Origin: Xylographa opegraphella | Taxonomy: Eukaryota | NCBI GenBank assembly: GCA_022813865.1 | Contig: JALDZX010000005.1 | Location: 62,001 to 126,000 of the forward strand | Direction of reading: 5' to 3' | DNA length: 64,000 bases | Shown: positions 13,601 to 25,369 of the stretch, one piece after another | Layout: every line of letters begins with the position of its first letter | Position numbering within the stretch: position 1 is the stretch's first letter | The notes under the pieces: generated by a model | Seen by the model: only the letters and a program-made list of their open reading frames with translations | The model's database searches: none | Told to the model about the DNA's origin: nothing | Position numbers and translations under genes: made by a program

Positions 13601-15577
13601 GATGGAAATCTTTCTCAAAACACTGCTGGAAGACGCAAGGTTGTCGGTAAGTGTAGCTATGAGCGTTTTAAGTATTGTATCCGAGGTTTCTACTTCCCAG
13701 TTGTCGCATATCGCCGCTACGTTTTCAAGGAACAGAGGCATTGCACCAAAACTGGGGCAAACCAAACACAAATGTGGCCATATTTCACTTGCGATGACTT
13801 CTGGGCTATCGGAATAGCGAAGGATCGCATTTAGACCAGACCCAATACTGAAGAGCTTCCGCTGACTGGTGTTGGGACCTGATATTAACTCCTCTGATAT
13901 CGTTTTAAGCAAGCTGCTTGCTACGGTGATGGTAGTTGACGGGTCAAGGGAGAAGAGCTTTATGAACTCCAGGTAGGCATCAAGGATCACAACTGTGATA
14001 TCGTTTGTCGTTTCGTTATTGAACAACTCAGCAATATGCTTCTGTAAGAGTCTGGGACACGAGATCGTGCTTTTCTTCGGCACCCCCAACACATCGGACC
14101 TGCCTTCAAGAAGTTCTGGTGTCACCACCAACATTTCTGACTCAATCTTTCCCCAATTTGAGGCTATATGCCTATCATTGAGGTCAAACCATGTATTTTA
14201 AGGAGGGTGAAGAACATACCTCAAAAAATACGGGCTTACAAGAGCGTCAAAACGCTGCCTACCAAGCTCACACAAATAAGTACAGAAGAGTAAAAAGGCA
14301 TTCGCCTCGTCGTTACCAATGATATACTCTACAACGCTTCGGATCTTGGGTATAACAAGATCCAAGGGCGCGTATTGAAGTATTACAGCGGCAGCTTTCT
14401 CGATAGCATCCATACCTCTCGAGAGATTATCAACTCTTTGAAGCGTCCTTAGATCAAGCAGAATAACCAAACTGTCAATCACTGGCTGCCAGTTGTGGAT
14501 CCTTGAGCCCTTTCTGACGACAGAAACGACAAGTAGAAGTTCGCTGTAGAGAGTCAAAGTACTCGGTCCCAAGTTTATAGTAAGGGATTTAATATGAAGA
14601 AGCAAAACATCTAAGATAGGAGTAACGGTGCCTCCGTCCGTATGGTGGATAATGTTCGTCGTGATGCCGCAAAGTGTAGAGATGATGACAGGCGACGGCG
14701 ATCGGTTAAGATTATGTGCCGTACTGAGCAAAAAGGCGTACAGAGTTGAGCCAGATGAGTGCAGTCCTCTATTTACCCCCTTCATTGAATCCGCGAACAT
14801 TGCCATTATGCCGTACTGATAGAGCACGGTATCCTTGAGCTGCCTTTCCATTTCCTGTAAGTCGTCCATGATATGATTGACAAGTAGATCAAGGGGAGTG
14901 TGATTCTTGTGGTATGCTAGTACCGCCTTTCTCACGAGGAATGACATGGCTTCTGCTGCAAATCTGGTGACATATCTCTTCTGTGCTTCTCTTCCTAATA
15001 GTGGTGCCATGGTATCATAGACGGCCCGTAAGTCAGGGACCAGCAAGCGCGACAGGTACTTGAAAAGCCAAGCCAAGCAGGTGAAGCTCCACTCAATCAC
15101 CTCGACTGCAGTATGTTTAGCAGCTAATGATGCTACAATTGTTACGGCTTGGGCAAAATGCTCTTCAAACTGCACTCCCAAGTCATGCGCAAGGTGACCT
15201 ATCAGACTGAGGACTGGCTCCAACGATAGGGCGTCCTTCTTCTCGGCGTACTTGAAGAGTATACCCACAATCTGCTTCTGGAAGTGTAGGACTTGTGGTA
15301 GGCTGTCGCATAGAGGCTCAACCTCCTGGATGAAGGCTGTGAAATTTTCCGACAGGTTGAGGTCCTTCCAGTATAACAAGCCAGTTCTGAAATAGGAGGT
15401 TGTTGCTTCGACATCATCCTGTTCGACATTTTGCCGACGTACTCGACGGAGAGGATCGATCTTGATTTTTGCAATACGTTGACCGAAAGATTCATAGCGG
15501 TGCTTCCTTGACGACTCAGTGCCACTTTTCAAATGTCTGGTTGGGCGATCCCTGCGGCCTGAAGACATTGAAGCCAT
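7649..15577 (-). CDS. utp20: U3 snoRNP / SSU processome HEAT-repeat protein Utp20 (DRIM domain)
   Basis: ORFs 14198..15592 and 7649..14134 are joined by one intron (~14219-14172). N-terminal HRYESFGQRIAKIKIDP, RGYQLHVLSYTIH, KMKEVKSSKSFDS and a basic C-terminal tail; about 2600 aa. Confidence 0.95.
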
Positions 15578-15749
15578 ACCGAGCAAGCGCACAGAATTCG
15601 GCCTTCAAAATTATTCTCGCTGAGGGTGCTCCCGGCATCTCAGCGCCGATACCTCCGTACTCCGGTGCCAAGACTGCGTGGCTTTCGACTTGTTACCTCC
15701 GAAACCTCCGCCTTGCAAACTTCACCTTTGAAAATAGGTAGAAGACGAA

Positions 15750-17621
15750 ATGGCGTCAAAGATGTAAGTACAGTATTCCCGCTCATTGTGCGTGCCACAA
15801 CAGATCCTACCAAATCAGTGTCTTCCTTGCTCTGAATCTGCGTATTGTGTTCTGTTAAGATGTCCGCTTCCAGTGATGCACCTAATTCTCACTTATCCCG
15901 TGCCTTCAATCTTATGTGAAAATTTGAATCCTCGCACATCACGTATTGACTTGTTCAGTGTTATCATCGGAGCAATCGCGGGTCAGCTGTCTCCCGTTTT
16001 TGAGAAGCTCTCCAAATTGCATGCAAAAAACTCGTTTTCCCTGGCCATTGTGGCCGGTGATCTCTTTGCAAACCCGGAGATAGCATCACCAGAAAATGAC
16101 GAAACTGTATCGTCTCTCCTTGCCGGCAGATTTATGATCCCGCTTCCCACCTATTTCACCATTGGGAACCATGCTCTTCCCCAAAAGGTTATCGACCGCC
16201 TCGAAGAAGCTACTGGTGAGGTCTGCCCAAATCTTTACTTCCTTGGTAAACGGTCCATTACCAAAACCTCCGAAGGCATCCGAATTGTCAATCTTGGCGG
16301 TCTCCTAGATCCCAGTGTCACAGCCGGTCTCTCCAAGGAGAAATATCTCCCTTTCCACACAGAAGGTGACGCCAAATCGCTTCATGGGGCGAATACAGCA
16401 GACATCCTCCTCACCAGCACTTGGCCCTCCTCAATCCGCACCGGATCCAGCATCCCGCTGCCCGAAGAATATGAAGATGCCACCTCAGAGCAATGTGTTG
16501 CCGGACTCTGCACCGCTTTGAAGCCAAGATATCACTTTAGCACTTCACCCAACTTCTTCTACGAGCGCGAGCCCTTCTTTCATCCCCTGACAGAAGATCA
16601 CCCCGACACTCGGCCTATCACCCGCTTCATCAGCCTTGCCTCCACATCCTCGTCCAGCAAAGCGAAATATCTTTACGCTTTCTCTCTTAACCCATCTGCT
16701 TCACCACCTAGCGAACTTCCGGCAGGAAGTACAGCATCCCCTTTCCGGCCAGTGACTAAAAAGCGGCCTTATGTTCCTGAACAACACACCCACTCCCCCT
16801 ACTCCAGCTCGACCCTACAGCATCGCCCTTCCAAACGTGCTCGGCAACCACCACCAACTCCATCAGAGTGCTTCTTCTGCCTTTCGAATCCCTCCCTCGC
16901 CACCCATCTCATCATCTCTATCGCAACAGATACCTACCTCACCACTGCAAAAGGCCCCCTATCTACGCCATCCACCTACCCTTCTCTTCCCTTTCCCGCG
17001 CATATCCTACTTATCCCCCTTACCCATGCTCCCACCCTCGCCGCCATACCAGACGCAGCCACCTACGACGAGATGCAACGCTACCGCTCGGCGCTACACA
17101 CCATGCTTGTCACAAAATCAGGAGGGGAGCTTGGTGCCGTGACATGGGAGGTCAGTCGTGCAAGCGGAATTCATATCCACTGGCAGTTTCTACCCGTCTC
17201 GATCGGCCTGATCACGAAAGGACTTGTCGAAGCGGCATTCAAAGTTGAGGCAGAGAACGAGAAATATCCACTTTTCAAGGTTAGGCAGATTGGCAATGGC
17301 AGAGGAGAGAAAGGCGATTACTTCCGTGTCTGGATATGGCGTCCAGGTGGGGAAACCCGAGCCCATCAGCCAGAGGACGAGGAGGGTCATGGCTCGGACA
17401 AGCTTGACACCTCTGCCGGCACCGAGATCTCACTTGTTTTACCGCTATCTGCGAACTTTCGCTTTGATCTGCAGTTTGGGCGCAGAGTTATGGCTAAGTT
17501 GCTGGGACTGGAGAAGCGGGCCAACTGGCGGGACTGTGGGCAGATAGAGGCGGAGGAAGTAGCTGACGCAGAAGCCTTTAAGAAGGCTTTCCGCGAGTTT
17601 GACTTTTCTATGGAGGATTAG
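15750..17621 (+). CDS. CWF19-like 1 / Drn1 (metallophosphoesterase-like N-terminus + CwfJ C-terminal domains)
   Basis: Exon 1 ATGGCGTCAAAGAT, intron 15764-15958, giving MASKIVIIG. Motifs LKPRYHF, FYEREPF, CFFCLSN, AKGPL, HIHWQF and FDLQFGRRV. Confidence 0.92.
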
Positions 17622-17982
17622 GCATCATGTAAACATGAGATACTGGTCATACTGGTTTTCTCCGAAGCAGCGTAACGATGTCTGTGCTCACTTCCCAGGA
17701 AGGTATGATAGCCGCGAAAGGCGATAGCGACCCAGCATCAGGCAAGCTTCTGGAGCGAGAATATATTGCCTTGTGGCGCGACTATTTACATAAACATAAT
17801 CCAAGTCATCGTCATGGTTGCAAGGGACCATTGACCTCTTTCATAGATTCCAAACAGCCTGTAAAAAACAGAAACAAGTGGGGAATCAAGTTTCGTGATA
17901 TACTCCGTGAAAGCAACCACCAATATACAACTCCATATTTCCTCTTGACTTATCTTAGGAAGCATTTTCGGAGCCCGGATCC

Positions 17983-18971
17983 TCAAACATTTCTCCAACT
18001 ATTCTGTAAAGGCTTTCTCCCTACCGGTGCTCCTATGGACGACAGTGACTGTGCCACTGGCACTGGTGTCGATCTGTATGCCGTTCCAAGTTCTTGCCCG
18101 GGATAGGTAGACGAAGGCTCAAATCTTGTACTTGTCCCTGACGACGCATATGCAGAACATGCAGGCTGCTGTCTGGAACTGCTAGTTCCTTGCTGATACC
18201 CGTATGCCGCAATACCATGTGACTGCGCCGGCGCAGACATACCTCCGTACGGATGCGGATGATCTGCATAACTCTGCTGCTCGTACGGGTTGCCCAGATC
18301 TCCTCCATGATATGCTCCATACTGCTGATATGGCATACTCGTTGAGTTCCGTACCTCGCCATACCCGACATGGGGAGTGGGAGCCTGATTCGCTAACATC
18401 GGCGCAGTTTGTTCATGCATAGGATCAAGAGTACCGAGTTCCACGTCGTCATCCTTGTGACCCTCTAACACTTTCCTTGAAGAGGCCGTATCCCAGCTCG
18501 GCATCGCCGGTAAGGAGTCCTCGTTCACAGGTCCTTTTCGGCTAGCATCAAATTGTGCGTATTGCGGTTGGGGGTTGTACATAGGCGGCCCTGGAGGGGG
18601 CTGGTAGCCTTGGTAGGGTGATGGTACAAACTGCTGTGGGGCATCGGCATATCTGGGTTGTCTCCGTCTGGGAGACGGGCAGCAGGCATTGCAGCAAGAG
18701 AAACAGGCGCAACAGCACTCGGCACCGAAGCAGAGGCAGCGAGCGAGACAGAAAACGAGCGAGAGGACGATGAGAGAGCCGATGATGATGCCGATAATTG
18801 CTGGCCATCTTGCAAAGCATCAGTGACGTGGCATTCGCGGAAGGAGCAACGACCGACATACTTGCAATAAGCTTCGGACATGCAATTGTCCCAACTGGAA
18901 AATGTGTTTTTGACGTTGTTGACATCGGTCCCGAGACTCTGACGTTCCCAGACAGTTATAGGTGCTGCCAT
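17983..18971 (-). CDS. Single-pass membrane protein with Cys-rich juxtamembrane segment and Pro/Gln/Tyr-rich tail (conserved fungal hypothetical family)
   Basis: TFSSWDNCMSEAYCK, intron 18861-18809, then the TM segment WPAIIGIIIGSLIVLS and CLARCLCFGAECCCACFSCCNACC, continuing into ORF 17983..18582 (YAQFD, VNEDSLPAMPSW). Confidence 0.85.
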
Positions 18972-19699
18972 AACTATGAAGGCGATAAGACAAGGAGATA
19001 CCTAGAAGCTCGTGGTATAAAGGAGGATGGCGTGCTTTTGGAGAACTGCAAGCTCAGGAGAAATAAGAGCCGGTCAGGCGAGGGGTATGAGCAAGGCTGG
19101 CAAGCCGACAACTTCACCACCACTGTCAGCCTCGGCGCAAAAGCGATGGCAGACGCATCGGCGTTTGTGATTCACGCATCTAAAGGGCTCTGGTTTAAGG
19201 AATAGGCTATGATACCAGTCGACAAGAGGATATTGATTGTGTAGTCTACCTGATCAGGGTAAGGCCATATCGTAAAGCCGCGCATGCTGGATCAACAGGG
19301 CTGTGTTTCAACTATTCTAATTTTAGGTTCTAGTCCTAGTCCACTGTGGCTGGGCTTCCTACAAGCGGGAGTGGCGTGGGACGCCTCAAGCACGAGCAGA
19401 GCACAAAGTACAGTACCTCTCCGTACCTATTCGACGCGTTCTCAGCATCCTCGTGGATGACGTTAGAGGATTAATTAATAATCCGAAAGACATTACGGAT
19501 TCCACGATCACGAGAACGTTGCAGCAACGCAATTGCGGAAGAGCTTGAATCCTCTTCTGACCTCAAAATTTTGACGCTTGTTAAGGAAGTGACGGTATGC
19601 CGGAATTTGGTCCGGTACAGCTACGGAAATTCTCGAGATGTCTGGGACAAGGAGCGATGATGCACGTATGGATATGTTCGTGAATATCGGAGGACTGAT

Positions 19700-20800
19700 A
19701 ACCAAACCCAAGTGCAACAGTCGTACTGGAAATACTTTCAATTGATAGCCGTGACGCTAATATTGAGGCTTACGGTAGGCGGTCCCAAATGGCCACATAG
19801 ATGTGGTCACATTTCTTCCTGACATAGGAGAGGGTATTGCGGCGAAGAACGATGAAATCAACGAGACGCCATTGATAGAGGGCATCATGTGGTGGATATG
19901 TCTATGTTGGCGAGATCTTGTTTGAAAGAGGCGCATGTGACGACGATAGCCGGACCAAATGGAGAACCGATAGCTCTAATTGCGTCATGGCTTGAAAGAA
20001 CCAGAATCGTGGAGTTACTCCTTCAATACGGGGCGGACGTTGAGGTCAGGCTCCAAAGAAATGGTACAACGTAATTGAATAAAGTACCACGTCAAGAACA
20101 TGAGACCATGGTGCAGTGTCTACTTCAAGATTGCGCAGACATCGAAGCATTCAATTTCTACTCACACACACCGCTGGTCTGGGTTGTAAAGGAGACAGAA
20201 TGAGAGTGGTACAAGTTTTGTTTCAATATGGCAGAAATCTTAATGCCGATGACGACATATCAAGACGGGTATCAACCCGTGGTGCTGTTCAAAAGACGCA
20301 CGGAGATAACCCAACTGCTGTTAGAGAACAAGCAAAGCCTGAAGCCAAATTACCAAGTCTCAAACGTTCCACTCCACTGATCCGTTCAGCATGTTGAGGA
20401 TACAAGCAGAATGTAGAGATACTGCTTGAGCACATTGCAGACATTGATGCTCAGGATAATCATGATGGATACGCAACACTAAGGACGGTGGACCATAGAC
20501 ACAAATCTATGCTTTGGTCGTCGGCGGCGAAGGGGCCGGACGTTAGAATCCGTGACTGGTGTCAGTGAACAACTTCGCATATTACAGCGTATACCGGGCG
20601 TTGTTTATGGACGTTCTTAATGGGCGCTCAACATGGTTCATCCAGGCGTGGAGAGCAAAGTTGTCAGGAGTAAAAATGAAACGGCTCTGCGGGATGCTGT
20701 CAGGAAGAGCAACGCAGAAATGGTCAAGCTGCTACGCGAAAGAGATGCATTCGATACAACTGCAATCAAACGCTGAGGAACGCCACTCATGCTAGCGATT
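19700..20800 (+). pseudogene. Degenerate ankyrin-repeat gene
   Basis: Successive ankyrin-like fragments in shifting frames with stops: AVPNGHIDVVTFLPDIGEGIAAKNDEINETPL; LIASWLERTRIVELLLQYGADVEVR; HETMVQCLLQDCADIEA; STPLIRSAC*GYKQNVEILLEHIADIDAQD. Confidence 0.8.
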
Positions 20801-22567
20801 AGCAAGGTTACAACAGAGTGGCGCAGCCCTCGGCCGTTACCTCGATTCAGGAAGTGGTTGTTGGAAGCGAAGAAAATATTATTTTGAGACTATCTTACGC
20901 TGTACGTATGACATTGCTTCCCCGTTTCGGACCATAGAAACTGGGGGAAACACAATGACTTCGTTTCCAAGCTCAAAGGATCAGAGGAGTGGTTGACTCT
21001 GGCTCCTGTCCGCCGTATTGCCTCAGACGAACAAGTCTGACCGATCGTACCGCCAGTAAGACAGCAGGATCGCAAATTCAAAAGATGTGGAGGTCTTGCA
21101 GCGCAACACCATCGCGTCAAGTACCACAGGCAAACTAGTGAGAAATGGACACGTATGGGTGTATGATCTATGAGAGAATAGTGGTTCTCTTCTATGTTTG
21201 GCACGAAGTCTGACCAGACCGTCCAAATAGGAAGCACTGACCCCACAACTTCAACTAGTTTAGGGCAATGCAAGCTTCAGGAGAGAGGGGTGTACAATTA
21301 AAGATATTGTTCGGGCCAGAATCCGTGCAAGAAGCGTGTCTGAGCAGACCAATTCGCTCAATATTTCCTTAGTTTGGCACGGCGCTTTCCTACTCGCAGG
21401 ACCATCCTCAGATATCCTCGAAGAGGCTATCAGGAGACCTGCTAGAGCCTGTTGTGAAGGCAACCGTAATAGGCAATTGCAACTAAGTCCTTGGTAGTCT
21501 GCAACCCGGCTAAGGTGGCTTAGAGCAAGAAGAAGCTGTTACCACTTGTCTCCACAACTAGGAAATTGAATCAAAGACTTGCCAGCTGGCTGAAGTAGCG
21601 CCTGTATAGTCCGTCACGACCAGCGTCGTGCTGGATGAATGCTTAGTACACGAGATTACAGGCTTCAGCTCCGGCTACACGAGGGTGCCAGCAATAAGAT
21701 GACCAGTTAGAAGCCTGCTCTGCTTCCGCTGTGAAATTTGCTAGCCTTTCCAGACACCACTCGCGTAGCCGGAGGTGGCCACTTGATCATCTCTCGAAGC
21801 TCAGGCTCCTCAACCGCGAGAACATCAAGTTTAGCAGTCCAAAGGAGCCCAACGATATAGCTTTTGACATTCCCGATTACGGTTGGCATGGATCAGGCCT
21901 GTCTGCCATAGACAAGAGTCAATGGCAAGACCTGAATCCATACGTTATGACGTTTACCCAACGTTCATATACTTGGAGTGTCAATGTCCAGCGATCGTAA
22001 ACCTTCACAAGATAAGGCATGTGTTAGGTTATATTGTTCATTTACAATGCTAAACGATTGGATTGGAAGTGTATGATATCCCGGATTACCGTTGAAGTAA
22101 GACGCTCGGAGCAAGAAACAAAATCATAAAACCACAGCTGGCTTCAGCACCAGTGCGGTCGCACCCTGCCCGCTAAGGTTGTCGCATTTACCGCTCGCCC
22201 GACAATCAAGATTGCTCTCATGCACAGCATTAAGTTAATGATTCCTACCGTAAAAGTTTGAAAAGCCTTGTGGGCCATCATGGTATATCTTAGAACTGGG
22301 TAAATATGATTTCTTGGAATTCTCCAAGGAGGCGTTGTACATCCTGCATCCTCATAGAAAAGGGTGCAGGTGGCTGATGATCGATGCACTCTCAATCTTT
22401 CGCCCCCAAATACTGAAAGCCAAGAAGCTAATTAATTCAAAACAATGCTGTAGTGCAGCTGGTTGACAACGCTACTGTCCTAGTGACCCCGAAAGTGAAC
22501 AACCAGTTGTTTGCTGTGGAATTGACACACTACTATTTGTTGGACAAGCAAATCCACCTGCTGTGCC

Positions 22568-23614
22568 CTACATGGTTGGAATCGGAACGACCATAATGGA
22601 AGAATGTATCACGGCCGTGGGGATGATCTGCTGCGGGGCTGGAGGGACTTTTGTGGTAGATGTGGTGGATGTGGTGGATGTGGTGGATGTGGTAGATGTG
22701 GTGGATATGGTGGATGTGGTGGATGTGGTCGAAAGATGTTTCGTAGGCATCAAGCTTGAGGTAGGCTTGTGAGCAGGGGCGGTGGTGCTCGAAGTAATGT
22801 TTGCACTATTCAGGACGAGGCTGGCGATTCTGCATGTAACGGCATGTTCGTCGGCTTGAACACCAATCTCACCGATGTGATAGGCAAACGCCGAGCTGTC
22901 CTGTGGTCCTTTAACACACCAGCTCGTATTTGTCCCCGTGGCTTTCTAGAACTATTAGCATCTATCGGGACGAAATACACTGCCTCTCATTATTATGAGG
23001 ATCATTTCGGCTGCTTACAACAGTTATATCACTGAACGCTAATGGGCCAAAGTTCCAAGACTCGTTGTAGAGTTCAATTGCGAACAAGGCCCACGTGAGC
23101 GATTTACGGCCTAGTCAAAAGCTGTAAGCCGCGGCCGTTTAAGAAATTGATGTAGGCTGCCGGAATGAATGAACATAGCACTACTGGAAGCATACTCACC
23201 TGGGTCAAAGGTAGTTGTCGCCTTCGTGCTCGTACCAGCTTTCTCTAGTGTAGTTACCCAGCGCGAGTTTACCTTGACATACTCAAACATAACTGTATCG
23301 CTGCGCTTGGTACTGAAGCCATTACCCCAAGGCAAGGAAGGTCTCCCAAACCAGCCAGTAGAGATCCACCACGCTCCAGTTCGACCGTCCAGGACACTCT
23401 GGAGGACGCCAGAGCCATCGGAGGCTTGGAGCCCTGGCCAAATGTAGTAGTCCCCGGCTTTTGGTGACGGAGGGATCACCATGCTCCCGGAGAGAGATGT
23501 AAACTCGGACCCAGGCGAAGCATTGAAGGCGAGGGACCATACTGTTCTGGTAGTGCAGGTAGTGCAAGTGATAAATATAAGTAAACATAGTGAAAAAAAC
23601 GGCAGGTGCATCAT
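22568..23614 (-). CDS. Secreted beta-sandwich protein (G1 glutamic peptidase / ConA-like fold candidate) with Ser/Thr-rich tail
   Basis: Signal peptide MMHLPFFSLCLLIFITCTTC. Introns 23199-23111 and 23018-22946 (GT-AG, frame-preserving) join ORF 23111..23806 to GRKSLTWALFAIELYNESWNFGPLAF and KATGTNTSWC...(TTS)n. Confidence 0.78.
22652..22729. repeat. 9-bp tandem repeat (TGTGGTRGA, ~8 copies) encoding Thr-Thr-Ser repeats on the minus strand
   Basis: Directly visible; in frame with the secreted protein tail. Confidence 0.9.
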
Positions 23615-25369
23615 GGTCAACGGAAAAAACATAGTTAGATGTGACAAACTTTGGTGAGAAGAGGTTTCGCAGAATGAAAGCCAATTCTCCGTCCTTATGA
23701 TTGTCGCCATAAAGCTGACTGACATGAGCATACACGTGTGCCCCAAATGATCTGACAGCACATTTCTTGACTTGGAGAACAAGGAATCCTGCGACTGGGG
23801 CGCCAATTACGTACCTATTCCGAGACAGCTGCATGTTTCACGCAGCCGAGGATCCGGAGGAAGTCAACAACTTGAATAGCGGGTAGAAGACCGATCAGCA
23901 AGCATTGCCCTTCCGCTGACAGCGAATTGTACATTCGGAATCTAGAAGATAGAGGAAAGGGTATCTGTGCTGTCCTCTGCAAAAGGTACTTGCGCAAACA
24001 GAGATAGTAAGTCACATGAAACATATGTGGAGCAGACATGGGTGTGCTCCTCAATCGTTTGTATCACCACCATGGCTATCATCCGCTATATGAAGGACGA
24101 GCGCCGAGAGTAGAGCTCGTGAAATACGTGTTTGAAGGACTGCTTCCTATGTCAAACAGGACGATCGCCAGACCTTAAGTTAAATTCTGTTCAAATTCTG
24201 CATTGGACACTGTCTGATATTTGATACGCGCCGAATGGAGGATGTGCGCACGTGATATACTGCACGTACCACAGTATATAAGGGTGTACTTCTTCCAATC
24301 AAGCTTGCCCTATCGGGCTAGCCTGCTTCTCGCCGCCTTCACTGACCGAAGCTCTCCCCGTGTACTTCGGCCGTTGTCCCAACTCTTGAATAATGCCTTT
24401 TTCTCCGCAATGCGAAGCAAATATTGTACTCTGCTCTTCTTGTTTTGCTTACAGTAGCTATTTGTATGCGTATAAATCGGAAATAAACTTACGTAGCAGT
24501 TTAACCACCTCAATTAGGCAGCAGTCTCGGCAAGCAGCCATCAAACGGGGCTGAAAATTGTTACCGATCAACACTGTTGAATTCGCATGCCAAGCGTTGG
24601 GACTAGAAATAAGGTACCTTACGAGATGAGGAGGCCGTGTAAAACGGCATCGAAATTTTCGCTATTCCTAGAATAATAGAGCGTGTTCTTACCTACCGTG
24701 AGGTACCTTAGGTAAGGTACCTAAGCTTATAAGGTACCTACACTATGTGGAGCTTACCAGCGAAGTAAAGGATACACCACTTGAACTTCATGACATTACA
24801 GTAGGACTACAACCAGTATCTCCCGTTCTCAGCCACTTTTGAGGCAGCTTGAGGGGCCGATCCATGAGGAAGGGTCACCACATTCGCACGATACGCTTGA
24901 TCGCTGGAAGAAATCATCAATATTTGCATGTCGTTCGTTGAGCAGACTCAATCCATTTGTCCGTCGTGCGTTTTCATGCTTTGTGTAGCGTAGTAGAATT
25001 ATGGAAACTGTAGGTCGTCTTTGTATACCAGCTTCTTAACACCAATCCATTCATACCCAAGTTGCTGCATCTCACTTTACGCTTTACCTTCCTACTCTTT
25101 AGTTCAACATACGGTAGCTTTACAGCCTAGTTTCTCCTACATCGCAGCACATGACCACCACACGCTCTGTCTCAATCCTGGTCGACGAATTCCACCATCC
25201 CGCACTCAAGCCGCGTACTGAGGAAAACCACGCTTATTCCATCCAAAGTCAAAACATCGGAATCCAGGATTAACCCTAATGAAGTGCCCATACGTGAACT
25301 GGCTGCTGTGTTGGAGCCTGAGCTGGAGCCTGCACCGTACCTCAACTCCAACGCTTTTGTTGTGGTCGT

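Noticed and set aside
17678..18106. 142-aa ORF downstream of the CWF19L1-like gene
   Set aside because: Overlaps a convergent gene and its 3' UTR; no motif.
25271..25279. TAACCCTAA, identical to the telomerase RNA template of TTAGGG fungi
   Set aside because: A 9-mer is expected roughly 0.5 times by chance in 64 kb on two strands. I saw no recognisable pseudoknot or P6.1 element. A covariance-model search would settle it.
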